Positions 1 to 10,100 of a stretch of 64,000 bases of DNA are shown one piece after another; position 1 is the stretch's first letter, and the number at the start of each line of letters is the position of its first letter. Below the pieces are notes generated by a model, which searched no databases, was not told the origin of the DNA, and saw nothing but the letters and a program-made list of their open reading frames with translations. This stretch comes from Desulfovibrio sp. (GTDB lineage: Bacteria; Desulfobacterota; Desulfovibrionia; Desulfovibrionales; Desulfovibrionaceae), in the NCBI GenBank assembly GCA_016284885.1, contig JAEEPQ010000001.1, forward strand, positions 1,570 to 65,569, in the 5' to 3' direction. Both the position numbers and the translations under genes were made by a program.

Positions 1-2
1 AG

Positions 3-170
3 GCCGGCGTCAGGGACAGGAAAAAGCGCAAGGCTGCCCTGGATCAGCAGGCAGCCGTGCGCATCCTTGAGAGCTATCTCCACCAGCCCGGCTGCGCCCT
101 GCCGGTGGACGTGCGCTGGAAGGGCCCGGACCAGAATAGGCTGGACCAGGAAAAACAGGATCAGGAATGA
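3..170 (+). CDS. ruvX: 3' end of a YqgF/RuvX-family gene (partial, starts outside the window)
   Basis: The frame ending at TGA 168-170 reads ...KAALDQQAAVRILESYLHQ..., like the C-terminal AAxILESYL helix of YqgF/RuvX. ruvX-mltG is a common conserved pair. It has no start in the window, so it is absent from the ORF track. Confidence 0.5.
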   Translation, partial: AGVRDRKKRKAALDQQAAVRILESYLHQPGCALPVDVRWKGPDQNRLDQEKQDQE

Positions 171-250
171 CAGGACCAGGACGGAGCGAACCAGCCGTAG
201 GCGCACAGAACAAGACGGCATCAAGAGGGAATCAAAAGGGGAGGGGAGCC

Positions 251-1294
251 ATGCTGAAACTGCTTGCCAAGGTGCTCTGCATCCTCGTCCTCATGGCGGC
301 CTGCGCCACCGGCTGGGCGGCCTGGGAGGCCAAGCGCTTTCTGGAAACGCCGCCTGCGACGCCTGGCCAGGAGGTCTACTTCGACGTGACGCCCGGCGCA
401 AACCTTGCCAGAATTGCCCGGCAGCTTGAAGAGAAGGGCATCGTGGCCGACGAGTTCAAGTTCCGCCTGCTTGCCCGCTGGAAGAAGCAGAGCGCGAGGC
501 TTCAGGCGGGGCGCTTCCTGCTCTCCACCGGCTGGACGCCGGAGAAGGTGCTGGAGAGCCTCGTCAGCGGCAAGCCCGCCTTCACCCGCGTCACCGTCCC
601 CGAGGGGCTCACCTGGTGGCAGACGGCGACGGTCATCGAAGAAAACGGGATGGCCAAGGCCGGCGACTTCGCCGAGGTAATCCGGGATCCGGAGTTCCTG
701 CGCCACTACGGCATCCCCTTCGACACGGCAGAGGGCTTCCTCATGCCCGACACCTACCTGCTGAAGACCCTGCTCGAGGACCAGCCCCTGGACAGGGACC
801 AGGCCAGGGCCGTAGCTGGACGCATGGTGGACAACTTCTGGCGCAAGGCCCAGGAAGTCTGGCCTTCCGGCAAGCCCTCCCGAGAGGAACTGAAAGCCGC
901 CGTTATCCTCGCCTCCATCGTGGAGAAGGAGACGGCCATAGCCTCGGAGCGTCAGCGGGTTGCCGGCGTCTATGCCAACCGCATGGCCAAGGGCATGCTC
1001 CTGCAGGCCGACCCCACGGTAATCTACGGCCTCGGGCAAAGCTTCAACGGCAACCTGACCAAGGCCAACCTCCAGGATCCCCGCAATCTCTATAACACCT
1101 ACAAGCTGCCGGGACTTCCGCCTGGCCCTATCTGCTCCTTCGGCGTCTCGGCCCTCAAGGCGGCAGTCCACCCTGAAAAGCACGACTACCTCTACTTCGT
1201 AGCCGTCACGGACGGCGGTTCGCACGCCTTCAGCAAGACCCTGCAGGAGCACAATCAGGCCGTCCGGAGATATCTGCAAAACAGAAAAAAGTAG
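251..1294 (+). CDS. mltG: Endolytic murein transglycosylase MltG (YceG-like)
   Basis: N-terminal TM anchor MLKLLAKVLCILVLMAA. Motifs LASIVEKET, ADPTVIYG and NTYKLPGLPPGPICSFG are typical of YceG/MltG. ATG 251 is preceded by AAGGGGAGGGGA. The 167 start in the track is an upstream extension. Confidence 0.9.
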   Translation: MLKLLAKVLCILVLMAACATGWAAWEAKRFLETPPATPGQEVYFDVTPGANLARIARQLEEKGIVADEFKFRLLARWKKQSARLQAGRFLLSTGWTPEKVLESLVSGKPAFTRVTVPEGLTWWQTATVIEENGMAKAGDFAEVIRDPEFLRHYGIPFDTAEGFLMPDTYLLKTLLEDQPLDRDQARAVAGRMVDNFWRKAQEVWPSGKPSREELKAAVILASIVEKETAIASERQRVAGVYANRMAKGMLLQADPTVIYGLGQSFNGNLTKANLQDPRNLYNTYKLPGLPPGPICSFGVSALKAAVHPEKHDYLYFVAVTDGGSHAFSKTLQEHNQAVRRYLQNRKK

Positions 1295-1517
1295 CTATGG
1301 ACAGGTCCATGTCTGGTTGCCCGTTTGGCAAAGAAAAAACCTTTTGAATTACAGCAAATTAGGCGAAACCGTCTTTACAAACCAAAAGCTTGGGCGCTAT
1401 CGTCAGCAACGCCGTCCGGGACGTGGCAAGGCGCGCCCCGGCAAAGGCCTGCCCGCAACCTGAAACCCGCAGGGACCGCGCCGCCGTGTCCGGCCTGCCT
1501 ATTTGTGGAGTTCCGCC

Positions 1518-1784
1518 ATGAAGTACTTGATCGTCGAAGACTTTTCCGGCCAGCCGGTGCCCTTCGTCTTTCCGCGCAGGGTTGACCATGCCGACATGTT
1601 CGAGCAGCTCCCCTACGGCAAGGTCATCTCAGCCGGCTACGTGGTGCTCGGCCCCAGCGGCTTCGAATGCTTCGGCGGCAACGCCGAGCTCGAGGTCAAG
1701 TCGAGGCCCCAGGAGGACGCGGCCACCCTCGCCGAGGCGCTCAGAGTGCGTCCCGCGGACGAAAAGTTCCGCTCTGAGCAGTAG
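1518..1784 (+). CDS. Small hypothetical protein (88 aa)
   Basis: ORF MKYLIVEDFSGQPVPFVFPRRVDHADMF..., followed by a hairpin. No family recognised. Confidence 0.5.
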   Translation: MKYLIVEDFSGQPVPFVFPRRVDHADMFEQLPYGKVISAGYVVLGPSGFECFGGNAELEVKSRPQEDAATLAEALRVRPADEKFRSEQ

Positions 1785-1810
1785 CGGCCCCGCAAGCCCG
1801 TGAAGTTAAA

Positions 1811-1840
1811 AAGCGCGCCTCCCAGTCGGGGGCGCGCTTT
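1811..1840. terminator. GC-rich hairpin between convergent genes
   Basis: AAGCGCGCCTCCC-agtc-GGGGGCGCGCTTT, imperfect stem followed by TTT. It lies between the 1518-1784 (+) and 1878-2918 (-) ORFs. Confidence 0.5.
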
Positions 1841-1877
1841 GCATTCGGACAAGGCCGCATATCGGCCGGTGCAGCCA

Positions 1878-2918
1878 CTACTTGGCGGGGCTTGGTTCCT
1901 CGACGATCTCCGCATCCGAGACGTCCTCGGCATCGCCAGCTGCGGGGGCGCCGTCTGCCTTGACATTGCCGCCTTCCGGAGAGGGGGGCAGGGCGGCCTG
2001 GGACCTGCCTCTTTCGATGGGCACAATCCGGCCGTCCTCCAGCTTCAGAGGCTCGCTGCCCTTGCTGGCGATGATGATGCCGGTCTTCTCCAGCACCTTG
2101 AGGCGGTAGGCATACTCCTGCTGCATCCTGTTGTGCCGGGCAATGAAGATCTGCCTGACAATGTAGCAGACGATGAGGAAAACGGTGAGGCTGCCGAGTA
2201 TCCAGGGCAGGTAGGGCAGGATGCCTCGACCCACCCTGATAAGCACGTCCATGGCGCTGTCCAGGAAGAAGAGCGCCCCGCCAAAGGCGATGAGTCCCAG
2301 CAGGACAACGACAGTCGGCGCATGCTTGACGATGGCGTAGAGCCTCTGCACGCGCTCGGGCACCTCCTCGCCGGCATCGGCTCCGCCAGCCATGCCGTCG
2401 GCCGAGGTGGCGTTCAGGGAGCGGGAGAAGTACTGCCCGGAAAGGTGGAGAATGAGCAGGAGGCCAACAGGAGAGAGAATGGCTGCGATGAGCCATCCCA
2501 CCCAGGGGAAGGTGGCCATGCGGACGCCGTCCGGCCCCATGGGCTCAGCGTGCACCACGCCGTAGAAGAAGGCCACCGCGCCGACGATGAGCTCCAGGAA
2601 GGCCACCGCGATGAGGTAGTAGACCACGATCTCCCTGTTCTGCCCATCGTACCAGTTCCGGCGCAGGGCTCTGCGGGCCTGCTCTCTGGCCTTGGAGCGG
2701 CCTTGCCCGTCTTTCGCCTGGGCCGCCTGCTTTGCATCAGTCTTGTTCACGTCGATCAACTCCAGCTTTGCCGCAGCCCTCAGAAGCCGTACGGAACTGC
2801 CCTGCCTGAGGCAATCCCTGCAGACAGGAACGGGACTGCAGTCCAAAGCTTGTTTGTATACCTTGCAAGGGGGCACTTCCGCAAGCGCAAGCACCGTCAA
2901 AATTTTCCCGTTCCGCAC
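1878..2918 (-). CDS. Multi-pass membrane protein of unknown function
   Basis: Several hydrophobic helices (IVVYYLIAVAFLELIVGAVAFFYGV, WLIAAILSPVGLLLILHL, VVVLLGLIAFGGALFFL, LPWILGSLTVFLIVCYIV) and an acidic Pro/Ala-rich tail. The true start is uncertain; the first ~55 codons may not be coding. Confidence 0.55.
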   Translation of the reverse strand: MRNGKILTVLALAEVPPCKVYKQALDCSPVPVCRDCLRQGSSVRLLRAAAKLELIDVNKTDAKQAAQAKDGQGRSKAREQARRALRRNWYDGQNREIVVYYLIAVAFLELIVGAVAFFYGVVHAEPMGPDGVRMATFPWVGWLIAAILSPVGLLLILHLSGQYFSRSLNATSADGMAGGADAGEEVPERVQRLYAIVKHAPTVVVLLGLIAFGGALFFLDSAMDVLIRVGRGILPYLPWILGSLTVFLIVCYIVRQIFIARHNRMQQEYAYRLKVLEKTGIIIASKGSEPLKLEDGRIVPIERGRSQAALPPSPEGGNVKADGAPAAGDAEDVSDAEIVEEPSPAK

Positions 2919-3047
2919 CCGTTTTGGTCCCTTCCGGCAAGTTCCTCAATGCACGCAAGCTTGCGCGATGCCAGTACTTGGCCTATTTTTCGCGCACCAA
3001 GGAACATAAGGAAACACCGGAACACCTTGATCACCAAGGAGCGCTCC

Positions 3048-4085
3048 ATGCATGCACTTGTCACAGGCGCGGCCGGCTTCATCGGCTTCCATCTCGCCAG
3101 GCTTCTGCTTAGCCAGGGCCACCGCGTCACCGGCATAGACAATCTCTGCGACTACTACAGCGTGCGCCTCAAGGAGGACCGCCTGCGCGTCCTCGAAGGC
3201 ATGGAGGGATTCTCCTTCGTTCGGGGAGATCTGGCCGACAAGGCCTGCATGGAGCTCCTCTTCGAGGAAGAGGGCTTCACCCACGTTGTCAACCTGGCTG
3301 CCCAGGCCGGCGTCAGGTACAGCCTGATCAATCCCATGGCCTACATCTCCTCCAACATCGTCGGCTTTGCCAACATTCTGGAGGGCTGCCGCAGGCACAA
3401 GGTCAGGCATCTGGTCTTCGCCTCCTCGTCCTCGGTCTACGGTCTGGACGCCGCCCAGCCCTACACGCCCCACCAGGCCGCGAACCATCCCGTCAGCCTC
3501 TACGCGGCCTCCAAGCGCAGCGACGAGCTCATGGCCCACGCCTACGCCCACCTCTACGGCATCCCCTGCACGGGCCTGCGCTTCTTCACGGTCTACGGCC
3601 CCTGGGGCAGGCCGGACATGGCGCTCAACATCTTCGCAGCGGCCATGCGCCGGGGCGAGCCCATCAAGGTCTTCAACCAGGGCCGCATGCGCCGGGACTT
3701 CACCTACATCGACGACATTGTGGAGCCCATGGCACGCCTGCTGGACATGCCGCCTCAGGCCAATCCCGGCTGGGACGCCGCGAAGGCGGACCCCGCCACC
3801 AGCTCCGCCCCCTGGCGCATCCTCAACCTCGGCCGGGGGCAGACGGTGGAGCTTGGCCGCTTCATCGAGACCCTCGAGAAAGTCATGGGCACCGTTGCCG
3901 TCAAGGAATACCTCCCCATGCAGGACGGCGACGTGCTCTCCACCTGGTCCGACACCAGCGATGCGGAAGCCCTCACGGGCTGGACGCCCCAGACCTCCCT
4001 CAAGGAGGGCATAGCCCGCTTCTACGAGTGGTTTGCCTCCTACTACGCCTCGCCAAGCCCCATCAGCAACCTTCCAAATTCCTAG
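3048..4085 (+). CDS. NAD-dependent sugar-nucleotide epimerase/dehydratase (UDP-glucuronate 4-epimerase-like, SDR family)
   Basis: MHALVTGAAGFIGFHL (GxxGxxG), YAASK (YxxxK), FFTVYGPWGRPDMAL, RDFTYIDDIV. Only the last 345 codons of track ORF 1800-4085 are used. Confidence 0.85.
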   Translation: MHALVTGAAGFIGFHLARLLLSQGHRVTGIDNLCDYYSVRLKEDRLRVLEGMEGFSFVRGDLADKACMELLFEEEGFTHVVNLAAQAGVRYSLINPMAYISSNIVGFANILEGCRRHKVRHLVFASSSSVYGLDAAQPYTPHQAANHPVSLYAASKRSDELMAHAYAHLYGIPCTGLRFFTVYGPWGRPDMALNIFAAAMRRGEPIKVFNQGRMRRDFTYIDDIVEPMARLLDMPPQANPGWDAAKADPATSSAPWRILNLGRGQTVELGRFIETLEKVMGTVAVKEYLPMQDGDVLSTWSDTSDAEALTGWTPQTSLKEGIARFYEWFASYYASPSPISNLPNS

Positions 4086-4100
4086 CGACTGGACTTTGCC

Positions 4101-6290
4101 ATGAGCCGATTCGATGGCCCCGAGCCAACCCCTGAACGCCCTGAAATCCTCGCGCCTGCGGGCGACGTCTCCTGCTTTCTGGCGGCCCTTGCCGCCGGAG
4201 CGGACAACATCTACCTCGGGCTCAAGCAGTTCTCAGCCCGCATGCAGGCGGAAAACTTCGGCCTGACCGAGCTCTCGAAGCTGACGGACCTCGCCCACGA
4301 GGCAGGCTGCCGGGTCACGGTGGCCATGAACACGCTTATCAAGCAGCAGGAGCTCGACCCGGCCTTCCGCCTCGTCAACCGTCTGGAGTCCCAGGTGGGC
4401 TGCGATGGCCTCATCGTCCAGGATCTGGCCATGATCGACGTGGCGCGCCAAGCCGGCTACACTGGCTCCATCACGCTCTCCACGCTGGCCAACCTCACCC
4501 ATCCCGAATCCCTTCAGCAGGCCAAGGCTCTGGGTGCAGACCGCGTCGTGCTCCCGAGGGAGCTTTCCATCGACGAGATACGCCAGATGGCCGAAGCCTG
4601 CCCCGACGGCGTGGTGCTCGAGTGCTTCATCCACGGCGCGCTGTGCTACTGCGTGTCAGGACGCTGCTACTGGTCCAGCTACATGGGCGGCAAGAGCGGC
4701 CTGCGCGGGCGCTGCGTTCAGCCCTGCCGGCGCATCTACTCTCAGGGAGGCAGCTCTCTTCAGGGCCTCTACCACAAGGTCCAGCGCGGCGAGTCGCAGC
4801 GCCAGGACAGGGGAGACAGGGGAAGAGGCAGGCCCGACAAGTTCAGCCGCTTCGACCGCTCGGCCGATCGCCGGGACGAGCGCCCCGGCCGCCAGGAAGG
4901 CAAGTTCCGCGGCCAGGCGCCCAAGTTCCAGAGCGGACGCTACTTCTCCTGCCAGGATCTCTCCCTCGACGTGCTCATCAAGACCGTCACCGGCATTCCC
5001 CACCTCGTCTCCTGGAAGATCGAGGGCCGCAAGAAGGGACCGCACTATGTCTACCACGCCGTCACGGCCTACAGGCTGCTTCGGGACAATCCCGGCGACC
5101 CCAAGGCGAGGAAGATGGCCGAGGACATCCTGGACCTCGCCCTCGGGCGTCCGCGCACCAGGGCCCGCTTCCTGCCCCAGCGCCCCGCCGTGCCCGTGGA
5201 TCCGGCAGGCCAGACCAGCTCCGGCCTGCTCGTCGGCAAGACGGGCATCAACCAGCAGGGCCAGCCCTACACCAAGCCCTTCATCCCCCTCCTGCCGAAG
5301 GACTACCTCAGGATAGGCATCGAGGACGAGAACTGGCACACGACCCTGCCCGTGCCCAAGTTCACGCCCAAGGGCGGCACGCTCCTCCTGCGCATTCCCA
5401 AGCACAAGACGCCCAAGGCAGGCGTTGCCGTCTACCTCATCGACCGCCGCGAGAAAGAGCTCACGCAGATTCTCGCCGACTGGCAGGCCAGGCTCGACCT
5501 CATGGAGGCCAGGCCAACCCAGATGGTGCACGCCAGGCCCCGCGCCGTCCAGCCCTGCCAGCGCGCAAAGCTTCCAGACATGATAGTGCAGGCGAGCCTG
5601 CCCGAGGGCAAGGAAACGAGGGGCGCCCGGAAGTTCCTCTCCTGCCTCTGGCTCTCCGCCAAGTCGGCGGCCATCTCCCACACGGTGATGAACCGCTTCG
5701 GCTGGTGGCTCCCGCCGGTGATCTGGCCTGACGAAGAGGAGACCTTCCAGAAGCTCGTGGGCCAGCTCTGGCGCGCCGGCGCCCGCAGATTCACCTGCAA
5801 CGCGCCCTGGCAAATAGGCTTCTTCACCGCAGAGATGCGCAAGGATCCGGACATCTCCCTGACGGCCGGCCCCTTCTGCAACATCGCCAACGCGGCTGCC
5901 GCCGGCGTGCTCAAGCAGATGGGCTTCACCTCCGCCATTGCCTCGCCGGAGCTGCCGGGCGCGGACTTCCTAGCCCTGCCCAAGGCAAGCCCGCTTCCCC
6001 TGGGCGTGGTGCTTTCCGGCTCCTGGCCCGTGGGCATGAGCCGCTTCGGCACGCTCGGCGTGCGCCTCAACGAGCCCTTCATGACGCCCCGCGGCGAGGC
6101 CTTCTGGGCTAGGCAGTACGGCGAAAACACCTGGATCTACCCCGCCTGGCAGCTCAACATCCTCGAGCACAGGCAGGAGCTGGAAAAGGCCGGCTACAGC
6201 TTCTTCGTCTCCCTCAAGGAGAACGTGCCCAAGTCCCTGCCCCAGCTGAACAGGCCAGGCCTCTTCAACTGGGAAAACCCGCTGCTCTAG
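4101..6290 (+). CDS. Peptidase-U32-family protein (RlhA/TrhP-type) with an Arg/Gly/Asp-rich insertion
   Basis: U32 signature ECFIHGALCYCVSGRCYWSSY...CVQPCR, then later SWKIEGRKKGPHYV. There is a ~65-aa low-complexity insertion between them. Confidence 0.8.
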   Translation: MSRFDGPEPTPERPEILAPAGDVSCFLAALAAGADNIYLGLKQFSARMQAENFGLTELSKLTDLAHEAGCRVTVAMNTLIKQQELDPAFRLVNRLESQVGCDGLIVQDLAMIDVARQAGYTGSITLSTLANLTHPESLQQAKALGADRVVLPRELSIDEIRQMAEACPDGVVLECFIHGALCYCVSGRCYWSSYMGGKSGLRGRCVQPCRRIYSQGGSSLQGLYHKVQRGESQRQDRGDRGRGRPDKFSRFDRSADRRDERPGRQEGKFRGQAPKFQSGRYFSCQDLSLDVLIKTVTGIPHLVSWKIEGRKKGPHYVYHAVTAYRLLRDNPGDPKARKMAEDILDLALGRPRTRARFLPQRPAVPVDPAGQTSSGLLVGKTGINQQGQPYTKPFIPLLPKDYLRIGIEDENWHTTLPVPKFTPKGGTLLLRIPKHKTPKAGVAVYLIDRREKELTQILADWQARLDLMEARPTQMVHARPRAVQPCQRAKLPDMIVQASLPEGKETRGARKFLSCLWLSAKSAAISHTVMNRFGWWLPPVIWPDEEETFQKLVGQLWRAGARRFTCNAPWQIGFFTAEMRKDPDISLTAGPFCNIANAAAAGVLKQMGFTSAIASPELPGADFLALPKASPLPLGVVLSGSWPVGMSRFGTLGVRLNEPFMTPRGEAFWARQYGENTWIYPAWQLNILEHRQELEKAGYSFFVSLKENVPKSLPQLNRPGLFNWENPLL

Positions 6291-6300
6291 GAGCTGGGCC

Positions 6301-7149
6301 GTGGAGCAGGCCCAGGCCTTTCCCACAGGGCTCGTCCAGCCCGAGGGGTCCATGCGCTTTGCCCTGGACTCCCTCCTGCTCGCCTGCTTCGCCCACCGCG
6401 AATTCGAGGACCAGGCTCCCCACGCCCTGAAAAACCCGGTGCGCGAACGCAAGCTTCCCCCCTCCCTGCAGGCTCAAAGCCCCTCCTGCCATCTGGCAGG
6501 CGAGCTTGGGGCAGGCGCAGGATCCTCGCTCATTGGCCTGCTCCTTCTCAATCCCAGACTCGCTGGCCTCGGCTTCGAGCTCGTCCCCGAACTCGTCGAG
6601 GCGGCCAGGGAAAACGCCACACGGACAGGGCTCGCCTCCCGCCTTTCCTTCCTTCAGGCCGACTGCGCCGAACTGGCGAAAGAGCAGGGCCAGCCCTACC
6701 TCGATCTGGTGCTGGCCAATCCTCCCTTCTGGGACGAAGGCATGGGCAAGGCGAGCACATCGCCCCTCGCCGAAAGGGCCAGGCGGGGCAGGGGATCGCT
6801 CGAGCTCTTCTGCCAGGCGGCCAGGCGCCTTCTCGTTGCACGCGGCCACAGCTACTTCATCTATCCTGCAGCCCAGACAGCCAGGCTTGTGCACGCCCTC
6901 GCCAAGGCGGGGCTTGGCCTGCGCCGCCTCCTCTTCGTGCGCGCATGGTCCGGCAAGCCTGCCCTGCGCGTGCTGGCCGAAGCCCGCAAGGACTGCGCCA
7001 GCGACACCCTCGTCCTGCCGGACCTCGTCCTCTACGAGTCCTCTAGCCAAGACGGACAGGAGGGGCAAGGCGATGCAACCCCGGCCTACACCCCAGACGC
7101 CACGCACTTCTGCCCCTGGCTTGAGGCCAGGACGCCCCGGAGGCACTGA
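6301..7149 (+). CDS. Class I SAM-dependent N6-adenine methyltransferase, TrmN6/YfiC-like
   Basis: FALDSLLLACFA, GELGAGAGSSLIGLLL (SAM motif I), LVLANPPFW (NPPF motif IV). GTG start. The stop overlaps the next gene's ATG (TGATG). Confidence 0.7.
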   Translation: MEQAQAFPTGLVQPEGSMRFALDSLLLACFAHREFEDQAPHALKNPVRERKLPPSLQAQSPSCHLAGELGAGAGSSLIGLLLLNPRLAGLGFELVPELVEAARENATRTGLASRLSFLQADCAELAKEQGQPYLDLVLANPPFWDEGMGKASTSPLAERARRGRGSLELFCQAARRLLVARGHSYFIYPAAQTARLVHALAKAGLGLRRLLFVRAWSGKPALRVLAEARKDCASDTLVLPDLVLYESSSQDGQEGQGDATPAYTPDATHFCPWLEARTPRRH

Positions 7150-10100
7150 TGCCGTCCTCTCCAAGCTCTCCGAACGCTCCGAACTTCCCGGCCGGCCCAA
7201 GCTTCATCGCGGACCTGCACATCCATTCCCGCTTCTCCATGGCCACCAGCAGACAGCTGAACATACCCCACCTTTCGGGCTGGGCCATGGCCAAGGGCAT
7301 CAACGTGCTCGGCACGGGCGACTTCACCCACCCAAAGTGGCGCGAGGAGCTGAGGCGGGATCTTGTCTTCGACGAGGCCTCCGGCTTCTACCGGCCCGTT
7401 CCGGCGCCGGAAAAGGTGCTGCCAGGGGTCCTGGAACCGGCTAAGCCGCCCCTCTTCTGCCTGCAGACGGAGATTAGCTCCATCTACAAGAAGCTCGGCA
7501 AGGTGCGCAAGAACCACAACGTCGTTCTCGTCCCGACCCTGGAGGACGCAGACAGGCTTTCGGCAAAACTTGCCCAGATAGGCAACATCAACGCCGACGG
7601 CAGGCCCATACTCGGCCTCGACGCCAAGGATCTGCTCGACCTCGTCCTGAACGTCTCGGACAGGGCCGTGCTCATTCCGGCCCACGTCTGGACCCCCTGG
7701 TTCTCCCTCTTCGGATCCAAGTCCGGCTTCGACGACATCCGCGACTGCTTTGGCGACCTGACGGAGCACATCTTTGCCCTCGAAACCGGCCTTTCGTCGG
7801 ATCCGGCCATGAACCGCCTCGTGAGCGCGCTCGACGGCTACGCCCTTGTTTCCAACTCCGACGCCCACTCTGGCCCCAACCTCGGCAGGGAATCCAACGT
7901 CTTCACAGGCAGCCCCAGCTACGACGGCATGATCCGCGCCCTCAGGCTGGCCGCCAGGCGCACGCCCGACATGTCCCCCGGCGCCGTGCGCTTCGAGGGC
8001 ACCCTCGAAATCTATCCCGAAGAGGGCAAGTACCATCTGGACGGCCACAGGAACTGCCATGTGGTCATGACGCCCGAAGAGGCGGAGCGCCATCACGACA
8101 TCTGCCCCGTGTGCGGCAGGAAGCTCACCATCGGCGTCATGCACAGGGTCTGGGAGCTGGCGGACAGGAAGGCGGAGCCTGAACTCGCCAACGAGCCGGC
8201 CGTGCATCCCGTCATCCCCCTGCCTTCTGTGCTTGCAGAAATCTACGGCAAGGGACAGGCCACCCAGAAGGTGCAGACGGCCTTCGCCGAGGCGCTGGCG
8301 ACGCTGGGACCGGAGTTCGGCATCCTGGCAAGCCTCCCTCTGGAGCGCATCGCCAGCTACTCGGACCGCCTTGCAGAGGCCGTCGCCCGCATCAGAGAAG
8401 GGCGTCTGGTGCGCCAGGGAGGCTACGACGGCGAGTTCGGCACGGTTGCCGTCTTCACCGACGAAGAGCGCCGCGAGATGGCAGGCGGCAGGATCCCAAG
8501 AGCCCGCCTCGGCGCATCCTCCAGGACAAAGGCCGCCCCTAAGGAGCAGGCCACGGCCGCAGGAAGCCTCCTTGCGATGGGCCGGGCGCCGTCGAAGCCC
8601 GGGAGAAAGGAAGAGCGCGGCAGGCAGGGGGAGGGCGCCTGCAGTCTGAACAAAGAGCAGGCTGTCGCCATGCGCCACCGGGGCACTCCCCTGCTGGTGC
8701 TGGCAGGTCCCGGCTCCGGCAAGACGCGCATTCTGACCGAGCGTCTGGCAAGCCTGCTTGCAGAGGGCGTCGAACCCGGCGACATCCTTGCGCTCACCTT
8801 CAGCCACAGGGCCGCCGAAGAGGTCAACGGGCGCCTGCAGTCAATGCTTCCGGGACGCATCCTTCCCGAATGCACCACCTTCCACGCCCTTGCCTGGCGC
8901 CTGATCCAGGAACGCCATCCAGACGCCGTGCTCCTCGCCGAACCCTGCGCAGCGTCCCTTGCCAGACAGGCCCTGACCTCGCTGGAGCCGGAACTGCCAT
9001 CCCCGCAGCTCAAGCGCCTGGCCGAGCGCCTGGCGTACCTGCGCGAAACCTGCGCCCTTGCATCGGATCCGCTGCTCCATGCGGCCTTCCAGGAATACCG
9101 GGCGCTTCTTCAGAAAATCCACCCCTTCTGCTTCGACTTCACGGGACTGTTGGAGTGGCTGCGCCTGGCCCTTAGGGAGGGCTCCCTCGTCCTGCGTCCC
9201 TGCGAGCTTCTGGTGGACGAGGTGCAGGACATCTCCCCACTCCAGGCAGAGGCACTCTACCGCATGCTCCCCGAAGACGGCAGGGGCTTCTTCGGCATCG
9301 GCGATCCCGATCAGGCCATCTACGGCTTCCGCGGCTCCACGCCCGACATCAGGCGGGAGCTCGAGGCGCACTGGCCCAAGCTCGAGACCATGGCCCTCTC
9401 GCAAAGCTACCGGGCAAGCCAGCAGATTCTCGAGGCAGCCGGACTTGCCATGCACTCGCATCCGGCTTCGGGTCTGCTGAAGGCCGCCCGGCCCCTGCAG
9501 GCCGAGCTCAGGTACTTCGAAGCGCCCTCGGACGCAGCTGAGGCCGTCTGGATAGCCGACCGCATCCAGGCCATGCTCGGCGCCACCTCGCACACGCTGC
9601 TGGACCAGAAGAAGGAGGCATCGGCCCCCCTCGTCCAGGATCTCGCACCCTCGGACATCGCCGTGCTCGTCCGCCTCAAGCTGCAGATGCCGGTCATCGC
9701 CCGCGCTCTCCAGGAGCGCGGCATCCCGGTCCAAAGCCCTTCGGCAGAGGCCTTCTGGCAGGACGAGACGACAGCCGCCCTGCTTGCCCTTGCAGAGCAG
9801 AGGATAACCCAAGGACTTGATGCAGGCCCCGATGGCGAAGCGGTCGTCAAGCCGGCCGGCCTTCCCCGGGAATGGACGCCTATCCTTGCCGGCGAAGGCG
9901 AGCCGCCGGCGCCCGCGCAGCTCGCGGAAAAGCTTGCCAAGACCTCCCGGCGCACGGCCCTCTACCTTGCCTCCGATCCCTGGAAGCGCCTCGCCAGGGC
10001 CTGGAGCAGGGCGGGATCATGGCGCGCTCTGCTCGACGAAGTGCGCTGGCTCGACGAAGCGGAGCTTTTGGTCTCCAAGGCGGAGGCCGTACGCCTGCTC

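Noticed and set aside
1800-3047. N-terminal 416 codons of the 761-aa track ORF
   Set aside because: Overlaps the minus-strand membrane-protein gene in antisense and has no protein-like pattern. The epimerase Rossmann motif begins right at ATG 3048.
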